The position numbers were made by a program, and so were the translations under genes. From NCBI GenBank assembly GCA_946537295.1, contig CAMNFQ010000001.1, positions 8,430 to 72,429 on the forward strand: DNA of 64,000 nucleotides, read 5' to 3'. This stretch comes from an uncultured Bacillota bacterium (GTDB lineage: Bacteria > Bacillota_I > Bacilli_A > Erysipelotrichales > Erysipelotrichaceae). The notes beneath the pieces are model-generated. The model saw only the letters and a program-made list of their open reading frames with translations, was not told where the DNA came from and did not search any database. This document shows, in pieces, positions 18,282 through 27,686 of the stretch (position 1 is its first letter; each line of letters begins with the position of its first letter).

Positions 18282-19619
18282 ATGAATAGAAAACTTAAAG
18301 AAACAACCCTGAAATTCCTTGAACTGAACGGTTTTGAAGAACTGAGTGCTGTTCAAAGTGAAGTCCTGAAATATACCTCATCAAACAAGGATGTGATCGC
18401 TTTATCCAAGACTGGTACAGGTAAGACTCATGCCTATCTGATTCCAATCATGGAGATGATCAATCCGCAATCTGATAAGACGCAGGTTCTGATTTCTCTT
18501 CCAACAAGAGAGTTGGCTTACCAGGTCAATCAGAATGCTCAAGTGATGAAAGAGGTCTTTCCAGATCTGAGGATCCAGTTGCTTTCAGGTGGAACTGATA
18601 AGAAAAAGGCCATATCAAAACTGGAGAAGGCTCCTCATATTGTTATCGGTACACCAGGCAGGATCAAGGATCTTTTTGTGTCCAATGCCTTAAGAGTAGA
18701 TTTTGTGCAGATGTTTGTCATTGATGAGGCTGATATGACACTGGAATATGGTTTTCTTGAAGATATCGATGCTGTCTTTTCACATATGGTCAAGAATCCG
18801 GAAGTGCTGTGTTTTTCTGCAACATTCCCAGAAGAACTCAATTCCTTTGTCAAAAAATATCTGTCTAACCCAAAGATCGTCAGAGTTACCGATAAGAAAA
18901 GAGATCCACGTATCAATCATGTGTTGATCAATTGTAAGCACAAGGATTACAAGGAAGTAGTATATGATATTCTGCCAGGCTTTAAACCATATGTCTGTCT
19001 GATATTTGCTAACAGCAAGGATGAAGCTGACGCAACTTACGAATATCTGCAAGAAAAGGGTGTAAAAGCACTGTTACTTCATGGTGGACTTGATTCACGT
19101 ACCAGAATGAAGGCCATCAAGGATCTGAAAGCCAAGAAATACAGTTATGTGATCGCTTCTGATGTAGCATCGCGTGGTATTGATATTGATGGAATCTCGC
19201 ATGTTATTTCTATGGGCCTGCCAGAACAGCTGCAGTTTTATATGCACAGAGCTGGTAGAACTGGCCGAAATGAAAAAGACGGTACCTGTTTCTTGCTTTA
19301 CAAGGAAGATGATCTTCCTGCCATCAAGCAGCTGAATAAGAAGGGCATTAATTTTACAGCGAGAGAATTCAAGAGAGGTAGCTGGAAGGAAGCAAACAAT
19401 CCTACTAAAAAAAGACAGATTAAAACAAATCTTGATGAAAAGCAGATCGTTAAGACTCTTCATCGTAAAAACGAAAAAGTTAAGCCTAACTACAAGAAGA
19501 AAAAGAACATCGAAGTCGAAAGAATCAAACGTAAGAAAAGAAGAGAATTCATTCAGGCTAAGATCAAGGAAGAGAGAAAAGAAAGATATAAACAGAATCA
19601 GAGAAACAAGAGCAATTAA
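18282..19619 (+). CDS. DEAD-box ATP-dependent RNA helicase
   Basis: Q motif, SKTGTGKT, PTRELA, TPGR, DEAD, SAT, HRAGRTGR and a lysine-rich tail. Start could be ATG 18276 or 18282, and neither has an SD. Confidence 0.9.
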   Translation: MNRKLKETTLKFLELNGFEELSAVQSEVLKYTSSNKDVIALSKTGTGKTHAYLIPIMEMINPQSDKTQVLISLPTRELAYQVNQNAQVMKEVFPDLRIQLLSGGTDKKKAISKLEKAPHIVIGTPGRIKDLFVSNALRVDFVQMFVIDEADMTLEYGFLEDIDAVFSHMVKNPEVLCFSATFPEELNSFVKKYLSNPKIVRVTDKKRDPRINHVLINCKHKDYKEVVYDILPGFKPYVCLIFANSKDEADATYEYLQEKGVKALLLHGGLDSRTRMKAIKDLKAKKYSYVIASDVASRGIDIDGISHVISMGLPEQLQFYMHRAGRTGRNEKDGTCFLLYKEDDLPAIKQLNKKGINFTAREFKRGSWKEANNPTKKRQIKTNLDEKQIVKTLHRKNEKVKPNYKKKKNIEVERIKRKKRREFIQAKIKEERKERYKQNQRNKSN

Positions 19620-19633
19620 TCTTGTTTCTTTTT
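19602..19633 (+). terminator. intrinsic terminator after the helicase gene
   Basis: AGAAACAAG...CTTGTTTCT stem (the loop holds the stop codon) followed by TTTT. Confidence 0.65.
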
Positions 19634-19646
19634 GTATAATATTTAT

Positions 19647-20993
19647 ATGTTGAGTAAATATATCGGTGATGAAGATTTCTATAAAAGAGTGCTGAGAGTT
19701 GCTTTACCATGTGCACTTTCACAGCTTCTGCTAAGCTGTCGATCAATCATTGCTTCTATCATGGTATCTTCCATTGGCATGGTTACTGCTGTTGGCAATG
19801 CGACAAATGTCCTGAATCTTCATAACTATATGCTCTGGGGTATTGAAGCTGGAGCAGCTTTGTTTGGAGCCCAGTTTTTTGGCGCAAAACAATATAAGAA
19901 TATGGCAAAGACCCAAGGTGTCTTTATTGTCTTATCGTTGCTTCACACCTTTTTATGGATTGCGATTGTCTTTCTTTTTGGCAGACAGCTTCTCTTGTTT
20001 TATCTGAATGATCTTACAATACTGGAACACTCATATATCTATCTGCGTTATGTCTTTATTTCGCTGATCTTTCTTTGCATTACGCTTTCGATCAAATGCA
20101 TGTTTCAATCGATGCATCTGACCAGAGTAACTTTCATAGAATCAGCGGCGTATGTCGCTTTGAATATTCTGAATAATTATCTTTTTATCTTTGTCTTTAA
20201 ACAAGGGGTAGCTGGGGCAGGAATGGCTGCCTTGCTGACAGAGATCTTGTGCTGTACAGGGATGATCGTATATACACTTTTACGTAAGCCGGTCTTCTAC
20301 CTTGGCCTAAAAGAGATGTTTAGTTTTGATTTTGGTTTCATCAAACCTTTCATCATCAAGATCATGCCAATAGCTTTTAATGAGATCCTGTTTGGCTTTG
20401 GTCAGTCGCTTTTCAACAAGGCATATGGAATGTTAGGAAGCGGATCAATGGAAGTTATATATATCGGCTCAGAAATCTTCTCATTGGCTCTGTTTATCGT
20501 CTGGGGCTATGGCGAAGCTGTCTCGATCCTTGTCGGTACGCAACTTGGCAGAGGTCGTATTGAACAGGCTAAGGAAGAATCAAAGTATCATCTGGGTCTA
20601 TCGTTTGTAGTAGGACTTCTTTTATGGCTTTTTATGGTCTTATTGAGTCCGGTATTTTTGAGACTATACAATATCTCTGATCCTGAGACCAAGATACTAT
20701 GTACCAGACTTTTACAGGTGTATGGTTTTAAAGCTTTCTTAAGAATCTTTACCTATGTAATGTTCTGTACACTTAAAGCCGGCGGAGATTCTGCCGTCTA
20801 CAATCTTCTTGATTCCGGCATCATGTATACGGTTGGTATTCCAATCGCTTTTGCGGGAGTTTATTTTGGTGTCAAGGATATCGTTTTTCTGGTCCTGTTA
20901 TGTCAGATCGAACAGGTCGTAAGATTCTTTTTGACTTTAAAACGATATAATAGTTATAAGTGGGCTAATAATCTTACTAATTTGGTGAACTAA
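19647..20993 (+). CDS. MATE family efflux transporter
   Basis: 12-TM MATE-like protein. ATG 19647 lies 6 nt after TGTATAAT (19633-19640). The longest ORF starts at 19632. Confidence 0.85.
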   Translation: MLSKYIGDEDFYKRVLRVALPCALSQLLLSCRSIIASIMVSSIGMVTAVGNATNVLNLHNYMLWGIEAGAALFGAQFFGAKQYKNMAKTQGVFIVLSLLHTFLWIAIVFLFGRQLLLFYLNDLTILEHSYIYLRYVFISLIFLCITLSIKCMFQSMHLTRVTFIESAAYVALNILNNYLFIFVFKQGVAGAGMAALLTEILCCTGMIVYTLLRKPVFYLGLKEMFSFDFGFIKPFIIKIMPIAFNEILFGFGQSLFNKAYGMLGSGSMEVIYIGSEIFSLALFIVWGYGEAVSILVGTQLGRGRIEQAKEESKYHLGLSFVVGLLLWLFMVLLSPVFLRLYNISDPETKILCTRLLQVYGFKAFLRIFTYVMFCTLKAGGDSAVYNLLDSGIMYTVGIPIAFAGVYFGVKDIVFLVLLCQIEQVVRFFLTLKRYNSYKWANNLTNLVN

Positions 20994-20994
20994 A

Positions 20995-22299
20995 ATGAAA
21001 ATTGGATTTATATCTTTAGGCTGTGCTAAAAATCTTGTTGACAGTGAAAACATCATCGGACTTTTTGATGATCCTTTTTTTGAGTATGAATATGATCTTA
21101 AGAAGTGTGATGCCGTTGTGATCAATACCTGTGGATTTATCCTTTCGGCCAAGACGGAAGCGATCGATACAATCCTGGAGATCGCAGAATACAAAAAGGA
21201 CAGACTGAAAAAACTGATCGTTACCGGCTGTTTTGTTCAGCGCTATTTTGAAGACTGTGTAAAGGAATTTCCGGAAGTTGATCTGTTTGTCAAGGTAGAA
21301 GATTATCACATGCTTCCTGAGCTTCTTTCCAAGCTGTTTGACCATCGTTTTATCAACAGTTATGGTAAGAACCGCAAACTCGCAAACAATTCATATACTG
21401 CCTATCTGAAGATCTCTGATGGCTGTGATAATCGATGTACCTATTGTGCGATTCCTCTGATCAGAGGCAATTGCCGTTCCTATACGATCGAAGAAAATGT
21501 CGCTGAAGCTAAGAAACTCGCTCAGATGGGTGTCAAGGAACTTAATGTCGTTGCCCAGGATACGACCTACTATGGACATGATCTATATGGTGAATTCAGA
21601 CTGAAAGATCTCATCAGAGAACTTGATAAGATCGACTTCAAATGGATCAGGATTTTGTATATGTATCCTGATGAGATCGAGGAAGATCTGCTTATTGAAA
21701 TGAAGAAATGTCAAAGAGTATTGCCTTATTTTGATATTCCTGTTCAGTATGGCAATGACGAGATCCTGAAACTGATGAACCGCAGAGGCAGTGTAAAACT
21801 CATTGAAGAAAAGATCGCTATGATCAGAAACTATTTTCCTGATGCAGTAATAAGAACAACCATGATTGTTGGCTTCCCTCATGAAACTGAGCAGACTTTT
21901 AATGATACGATGAATCTGGTCGAAAAGATCAGGTTTGATTCTCTAGGTGCTTTTACCTATTCACCAGAAGAAGATACAAAAGCCTTTGAAATGGATGATC
22001 AGATCGATGAAGAAGTGAAAAATGAGCGTTATGAGAAACTCATGTCATTACAGCAGCAGATCGTTGATCAGAAGAATAAGGAAAGAATCGGAAAGACATA
22101 TGAAACGCTGATCGAAAGATATGAAGAGCTTTTTGATCGCTATGTTGGCAGAAGCTATCTCTCAGCTCCGGATGGTATTGATGGTGTCATCTATATCAGA
22201 AATGATGAACCACTTAACATCGGTGATTTCTATGATGTTGAAATCACTGGATATAAAAACTATGACTTGCTTGGTATAATAAAGAAAAAAGAGGTATAG
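20995..22299 (+). CDS. rimO: ribosomal protein S12 methylthiotransferase
   Basis: N-terminal ISLGCAKNLVDSE, radical SAM motif CDNRCTYC and a TRAM C-terminus. Confidence 0.9.
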   Translation: MKIGFISLGCAKNLVDSENIIGLFDDPFFEYEYDLKKCDAVVINTCGFILSAKTEAIDTILEIAEYKKDRLKKLIVTGCFVQRYFEDCVKEFPEVDLFVKVEDYHMLPELLSKLFDHRFINSYGKNRKLANNSYTAYLKISDGCDNRCTYCAIPLIRGNCRSYTIEENVAEAKKLAQMGVKELNVVAQDTTYYGHDLYGEFRLKDLIRELDKIDFKWIRILYMYPDEIEEDLLIEMKKCQRVLPYFDIPVQYGNDEILKLMNRRGSVKLIEEKIAMIRNYFPDAVIRTTMIVGFPHETEQTFNDTMNLVEKIRFDSLGAFTYSPEEDTKAFEMDDQIDEEVKNERYEKLMSLQQQIVDQKNKERIGKTYETLIERYEELFDRYVGRSYLSAPDGIDGVIYIRNDEPLNIGDFYDVEITGYKNYDLLGIIKKKEV

Positions 22300-22302
22300 A
22301 TA

Positions 22303-23208
22303 ATGAATTACTATGTAGGAATTGATTTAGGCGGTACAAACGTCAGAATTGCCAAAGTCGATGAAGAGGGTAGAATCATTCAGGATATGATCGAACCTTC
22401 TCATGGCAAGGAAGGACCGGAAAAGATCGAAGCCAACATTTTAAGGATGCTGGGAAAATTTGACCTTAATGGAGTTAGATCGATAGGTTTAGCTATTCCA
22501 GGACCTGTAGATGGCGAAAAGAATGTCATTACCCAGGCTACCAATATACCTGGTTGTGAAGGATATCCTTTCGCAAAAAATATCGAAGATTATACCCGCA
22601 TCCCAGTATTTCTGGACAATGATGCCAACGCTGCCGGCTTAGCTGAAGCAGTATTGGGTGCAGGAAGAGGATATAATATCGTTTATTTTATTACTCATTC
22701 AACAGGTATCGGTGGAGCACTGGTTATCAATGGCAAGGTAATCTCTGGACACAAGGGTTATGCAGGCGAAGTTGCCAATGTCATCGTTGATCCTGACGCT
22801 AAATTATATCCTGTCTATTCTCATCTGAATAAAGGCGGTGTTGAAACTGTAGCTTCTGGTACAGCGATCGGTCTGATTGGAAAGGAACTGATTGGCGAAG
22901 AAGCTGATTCAGCCAGAAAGGTATTTATGCTGGCAGGTGAAGGAAATGAGATCGCCAAGGCAATCTTAGATAAGATGGCAAAGGATCTGGCAACCTGTCT
23001 ATCAGCTATTTCGGCAATCTGTGCACCTGATTGCTTTGTAATTGGTGGAGGATGTTCACATTCTTCAGCAATGTATTTTGATCAGTTGCGTGAATATTTC
23101 AAATCCATGGCTCATGAAGGCATGAAGGATGTTCCAATCCTTAAAGCCAGCCTTTCTGAACCTGGTGTTTTAGGCGCTGCCATGATAGGAAAGTCACATT
23201 TGGATTAA
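22303..23208 (+). CDS. ROK family sugar kinase, atypical (lacks the Zn-binding His/Cys motif)
   Basis: DLGGTN and DNDANAA motifs are present. The usual GH..CxCGxxGC motif is replaced by AGEVAN...YSHLNKGGVE. Confidence 0.8.
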   Translation: MNYYVGIDLGGTNVRIAKVDEEGRIIQDMIEPSHGKEGPEKIEANILRMLGKFDLNGVRSIGLAIPGPVDGEKNVITQATNIPGCEGYPFAKNIEDYTRIPVFLDNDANAAGLAEAVLGAGRGYNIVYFITHSTGIGGALVINGKVISGHKGYAGEVANVIVDPDAKLYPVYSHLNKGGVETVASGTAIGLIGKELIGEEADSARKVFMLAGEGNEIAKAILDKMAKDLATCLSAISAICAPDCFVIGGGCSHSSAMYFDQLREYFKSMAHEGMKDVPILKASLSEPGVLGAAMIGKSHLD

Positions 23209-23210
23209 TT

Positions 23211-24488
23211 ATGAATTATAACGAATTAAAAGAATATATCTGTTCAGATAAGATCGATGATATGCTTTCAAAGATCATCTGCAGTACTGATCTGGAAGAA
23301 GAAAAGGCCAGATATCTGAACCTACTTAATGATGCCTATAAACTTTACGGTGATGGCGACTATCATTTTATTTCTTCACCTGGAAGAAGTGAGATTGGTG
23401 GCAATCATACCGATCATCAGCATGGTCATGTCATAGCAGCTAGTCTGAATATTGATAATCTTGCTGTTGTAAAAAGAAATGATACCAATATTGTTGTTTA
23501 TCATGACAGAGATTTCAATGTTGATCCTGTCGATCTTTCTGAACTGAATGTTGTTTCCGAGGAAAGTAATACTTCCAAGGCACTCATCAGAGGAATTGCA
23601 GCAAGACTCAAACAGTTAGGGTACAAGATTGGCGGTTTTGATGCCTTATGCGAATCAAAAGTTCTGGTTGGATCAGGTATATCATCATCGGCTTGTTTTG
23701 AAGTGATGGTTGTTGAAATATTCAATTCTCTTTTTAATGACGATGCAGTTTCACCAATCGAAAGAGCAAAGATCGGTCAGTATGCTGAAAACTTCTATTT
23801 CGGCAAACCTAGTGGTTTACTAGATCAGATGGCCATCTCTGTTGGTGGCTTTGTTGCGATCGATTTTAAAGATCCGGAATCACCAGCCATTGAAAATTTT
23901 GATTTCTCATTTACAGATTACGGCTATCAGCTCATACTGGTAAACACCAAAGGTGATCATTCAGATCTTTCCAGTGAATATGCAGCTATCCCGGGAGAGA
24001 TAAAAGATGTTGCACATCAGTTAGGTGTTGAATATCTTGCTGATTCATCAAAAGAAGAATTCTTAAAGAATCTGAAGAGTCTCAGAAGAAAAGTCGGAAA
24101 TGACAGAGGAATATTAAGAGCATTCCATTTCTTTAACGAAGATGAAAGAGCTGTTAAGGAAAGAGAAGCTATCAGAAACAAAGATATCGATAAACTGCTC
24201 AGACTGATGAAGAAATCAGGACATTCATCATTTGAATATCTGCAAAATGTCTATCCTGCTTCCCGTGTTAATTCACAATCACTTTCGATCGCCTTGGCAC
24301 TGTGTGACATGTTCTTAGATTCTGAAGGGGCATATCGTGTTCATGGCGGTGGCTTTGAAGGTACCATCCAGGTCATTGTTCCAAAAGACAGGCTCTATGA
24401 TTTCAGAAAACTGATGTATGCCGTCTTTGGTGAAGATTCACTTCTGGAAGTAAAGATCAGACCATTTGGAACAGTTAAAGTTATATAA
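23211..24488 (+). CDS. galactokinase-family GHMP kinase
   Basis: GRSEIGGNHTDHQHG (variant GalK signature) and GHMP motif GSGISSSA. 425 aa. Confidence 0.8.
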   Translation: MNYNELKEYICSDKIDDMLSKIICSTDLEEEKARYLNLLNDAYKLYGDGDYHFISSPGRSEIGGNHTDHQHGHVIAASLNIDNLAVVKRNDTNIVVYHDRDFNVDPVDLSELNVVSEESNTSKALIRGIAARLKQLGYKIGGFDALCESKVLVGSGISSSACFEVMVVEIFNSLFNDDAVSPIERAKIGQYAENFYFGKPSGLLDQMAISVGGFVAIDFKDPESPAIENFDFSFTDYGYQLILVNTKGDHSDLSSEYAAIPGEIKDVAHQLGVEYLADSSKEEFLKNLKSLRRKVGNDRGILRAFHFFNEDERAVKEREAIRNKDIDKLLRLMKKSGHSSFEYLQNVYPASRVNSQSLSIALALCDMFLDSEGAYRVHGGGFEGTIQVIVPKDRLYDFRKLMYAVFGEDSLLEVKIRPFGTVKVI

Positions 24489-24493
24489 GAATT

Positions 24494-24524
24494 AAAAGGT
24501 TGCTTCTTAAGAAGCAACCTTTTT
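24494..24524. terminator. bidirectional terminator
   Basis: AAAAGGTTGCTTC-TTAA-GAAGCAACCTTTT, a perfect 13-bp stem. Confidence 0.85.
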
Positions 24525-25308
24525 AAACTAACAACATACGATCTGTTGATAACTCGGTGTCCGAATTCTTTTTAAAGAGTTCTCGCAGATCGTTAACAGT
24601 AAGTTTTTCTTTTTCCTGTTTATTCAGATCAATGATGATCTTTCCCTGATGCATCATCAGCAGTCTGTTTCCATAGTCGAGTGCTGATTGCATATTATGT
24701 GTTACCATCATACAGGTAAGATTATTTTTTTCAACGACATCCTTAGTCAACTGCATTATCTTGTCGGCACTTTGCGGATCAAGGGCGGCAGTATGCTCAT
24801 CCAGTAACAGGAGTTTTGGAACATTGATAGTCGCCATTACAAGAGTCAGCGCCTGTCTCATTCCACCTGACAAAAGCCCAACTTCCACCTGCAGTTTGTT
24901 TTCGAGATCCATATTCAGTTCAGATAGTATTTTCTTGAATCTGTTACGATCATTTTCGTTAATCTTAGCTAGCCAAGATCCGCTTTTTGCAGCCAGAGCC
25001 AGATTTTCTTCAATGCTCATATGAGGAGCTGTACCTGCCATAGGATCCTGAAACAGATGACCTATATCATGTGCTCTAGCGTGTTGACTGTCAAGGGTGA
25101 TGTCTTTGCCATCCAGAATGATATTTCCCTGTTCAGGGATAAGAGCGCCAGATATACAATTAAGCAATGTTGATTTGCCTGAACCGTTTGCACCGATCAA
25201 TGAAATAAAATCACCATCATTTATTGTCAGATCGATATTATTAATTACGGTCTTTTCATTTATGGTACCCTGATTAAAGATCTTTTTAAGCTGTTTTATC
25301 TCAATCAT
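24523..25308 (-). CDS. ABC transporter ATP-binding protein (Trp T-box operon)
   Basis: Walker A GANGSGKST, signature LSGGMRQ and Walker B LLLDEHT. Confidence 0.9.
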   Translation of the reverse strand: MIEIKQLKKIFNQGTINEKTVINNIDLTINDGDFISLIGANGSGKSTLLNCISGALIPEQGNIILDGKDITLDSQHARAHDIGHLFQDPMAGTAPHMSIEENLALAAKSGSWLAKINENDRNRFKKILSELNMDLENKLQVEVGLLSGGMRQALTLVMATINVPKLLLLDEHTAALDPQSADKIMQLTKDVVEKNNLTCMMVTHNMQSALDYGNRLLMMHQGKIIIDLNKQEKEKLTVNDLRELFKKNSDTELSTDRMLLV

Positions 25309-26219
25309 TGCCTTACTCCTTTACTGATCTGAATTCTTCTTCTTAATAGAGGAATCTGACTTCTGATATATGGAATAGAGATCGTCAATGCTACGATAAG
25401 AGCTGAAACCAGTTTTAACAGATAGGCTGGCATATTGAGTCTTAAAGCCAAAGCATAGATACTTCTGAAGATCATCGTTCCAATTAAGGCGCATAGCAGC
25501 TTGACAGAAGTCTTATTCTTACGATACAGGATTCTGCCGATAAGAAGTGAAGCGAGGGCAATCGTAACCATTCCTGAACCGATATCGATATTGACTGATT
25601 TCTGTGACATTGCCAATAGTGCACCTGATAAAGCTGTAAAACTGTTGGATATGCAAAGTCCAATGATTGTTGTGATATTAGGATTAATGGAAGAAGCTTC
25701 AACCATTGTGGCGTTATCTCCGGTAGCTTTTATTGCCAGACCGATCCTGGTTTTAAGGAAACTGTTTAATAACAGGATCACTATCAGTACAAAGAAGATA
25801 TCGACTAACAGGAAACTGTTACTTTTAAAGATTGTATCCTTACATAATTCCTTGATAAGTGTATAAATCGTATCAGCCTTGTTCATATTGAGTAATGATG
25901 AATTACCCATGATGGCGATATTGATAGAATAGAGGCCGGTATTGACTATGATTCCTGATAGAAGGGAATTTATACCAAAATAGGTCTGTAAAAGTGAAAC
26001 GATAAGTCCTGAGATCATGCCGGAAACCATGGCAGCAACAATAGCCAGATAAGGATGTCCACTCAGACAGAATACCGCGGCCACACACGCGCCTAATGTG
26101 AAGCAGCCATCAGTTGACAGGTCACAGACATTAAGCACCGTGTAGCTTAAATAAAGGCCTAATACGGTAAGTGAGCCAATAAGAGATAATTCTAATGTTG
26201 TATAAATAAGAGAACTCAT
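25305..26219 (-). CDS. ABC transporter permease (Trp T-box operon)
   Basis: 304 aa, about 9 TM helices. Start and stop overlap the neighbouring genes. Confidence 0.85.
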   Translation of the reverse strand: MSSLIYTTLELSLIGSLTVLGLYLSYTVLNVCDLSTDGCFTLGACVAAVFCLSGHPYLAIVAAMVSGMISGLIVSLLQTYFGINSLLSGIIVNTGLYSINIAIMGNSSLLNMNKADTIYTLIKELCKDTIFKSNSFLLVDIFFVLIVILLLNSFLKTRIGLAIKATGDNATMVEASSINPNITTIIGLCISNSFTALSGALLAMSQKSVNIDIGSGMVTIALASLLIGRILYRKNKTSVKLLCALIGTMIFRSIYALALRLNMPAYLLKLVSALIVALTISIPYIRSQIPLLRRRIQISKGVRQ

Positions 26220-26222
26220 AGA

Positions 26223-27257
26223 CTATTCAAATTCTTCTGCTGTTTTAATTGTTTTGATTTCAGTACAGTAAGGTGCAAATACTTCCTTGATCATATCGAA
26301 AGAAATATTCATTTCATTTAAGATATCTTCATTGATCGTTGCGGTTCCGTTATCAAATGTCTTGACTGGAGTAGTTGCAGGATCAGCGTTATTGAAGAGA
26401 ATATCATAGATCATATCAGCGGTCTGTCTTCCCAGATTGGCATAATCAACGCCATATCCTAAGAAGGCACCATTGAGTGCAAATGAATCAGCACCGGTGT
26501 AATGTAAGATTCCGGCATCTTTGATCTGTTCATAGATCGAAAGTTCTGCTGTCATGACAGTATTATCAGTAGGAGTGAAGATCGCTTCGACACCTTCAGA
26601 AATAAGAGCACTGACGGCTAGTTTTATTTCATCAACATTTGTGCCTGTCTTTTCAACATAGGCAATTCCTTGATCATCAAGATATTTCTTTGCTTCAATG
26701 ATTGGATTAGTAGAAGCGTCCTGACCAGCATCATATAATAATCCGACTTTCTTGATTTCAGGTGCATAAGCACTGATCAGATTCATAATGGCGCTGGTAT
26801 TAAGATAATCAGAAGTACCGGTAATATTCTTGCCTGGTTTTTCTAATGAATCAACCAGACCAACAGCTAACGGATCAGAGACGGCTGCAAAGACAACAGG
26901 GATGTTGTTGTCTTCGGTCATGGCTTGCATATCCATAGCAACCGGTGTAGCAATACCGACCATCAGATCAACATCTTTACTGATGAAATTAGAGATTATC
27001 TGACGCATGACATTCGCATCGGCGTTGGCGTTATCATACAGAACTTCGATTGAAGTGTTATTCTGTTTTTCCAGTTCTTCCAGGCGGGCATTGATGTTGT
27101 CGACAATCTGATTCAATGAAGCATCATCGACATAGTTGCAGATACCAATGGTAATAGTATCATTGGCTGTTTCATTTTCTGAAACATTATTGGAGTTACA
27201 AGCTGATAGAGAAATAAGCATTAATAAACTGATTAAGATAGTAATTATTTTTTTCAT
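26223..27257 (-). CDS. ABC transporter substrate-binding lipoprotein (ABC_sub_bind type, predicted tryptophan binding)
   Basis: Lipobox LSAC, periplasmic-binding fold. First gene behind a UGG-specifier T-box. Confidence 0.85.
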   Translation of the reverse strand: MKKIITILISLLMLISLSACNSNNVSENETANDTITIGICNYVDDASLNQIVDNINARLEELEKQNNTSIEVLYDNANADANVMRQIISNFISKDVDLMVGIATPVAMDMQAMTEDNNIPVVFAAVSDPLAVGLVDSLEKPGKNITGTSDYLNTSAIMNLISAYAPEIKKVGLLYDAGQDASTNPIIEAKKYLDDQGIAYVEKTGTNVDEIKLAVSALISEGVEAIFTPTDNTVMTAELSIYEQIKDAGILHYTGADSFALNGAFLGYGVDYANLGRQTADMIYDILFNNADPATTPVKTFDNGTATINEDILNEMNISFDMIKEVFAPYCTEIKTIKTAEEFE

Positions 27258-27295
27258 GTTTTTTGTCCTTTCTGATTGTTTAAAAATAATGTCTA

Positions 27296-27334
27296 TTATC
27301 TGAAAGAACTACGCCATCGTCTTGTCAGTTTCAT
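27296..27334 (-). CDS. candidate 12-codon leader peptide MKLTRRWRSSFR (hypothetical)
   Basis: ATG sits 7 nt after a perfect AAGGAGG (27348-27342), immediately downstream of the T-box terminator. Contains a single UGG codon. Not validated. Confidence 0.3.
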   Translation of the reverse strand: MKLTRRWRSSFR

Positions 27335-27348
27335 TTCTTTTCCTCCTT

Positions 27349-27613
27349 GAAAAATAAAAATCCTGTCCCAATTTTGCTGGGACAGGATCATAATTTCCTG
27401 CGGTGCCACCCGGCTTGATGTAGTATTCTACATCCTCTTACGCATACTATCATATGCTGGTTTTTTTACGAAGTGCCACTTCGTTCTTCATACTCTGTTG
27501 CCATTTCTGTCGACCCTTGGAAGTCCATTCAATCCTACACTTTCTACTGCTTTTCACCATTCAGCAGCTCTCTACAAGAAGCCTTAGAATCTACTTACTC
27601 TTCGTCATCGGTT
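27349..27613 (-). promoter_or_regulatory. T-box leader, Trp specifier (UGG = 27527-27525 on the minus strand)
   Basis: Read on the minus strand: GATGACGAAGAG K-turn region, AGAGAG, GGTGAAAAGC, specifier GAA-TGG-ACTT and T-box core GCCGGGTGGCACCGC (27417-27400). Terminator ATCCTGTCCCA..TGGGACAGGAT plus a U run (27389-27350). Confidence 0.88.
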
Positions 27614-27619
27614 TACTTA

Positions 27620-27648
27620 CTTATACTAATAAAAACACTAAAAGTCAA
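27620..27648 (-). promoter_or_regulatory. sigma-A-type promoter for the Trp T-box operon
   Basis: Minus strand TTGACT (27648-27643), 17-nt spacer, TATAAG (27625-27620). Confidence 0.55.
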
Positions 27649-27686
27649 GTAATTTGATTTGTGAATAAATTGTGAAAGCAAATTAT

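Noticed and set aside
27454-27657. 67-aa plus-strand ORF in the 490-bp intergenic region
   Set aside because: It overlaps the minus-strand Trp T-box stem I and its promoter. It has no SD and a hydrophobic, low-complexity translation. The RNA element accounts for the sequence conservation.
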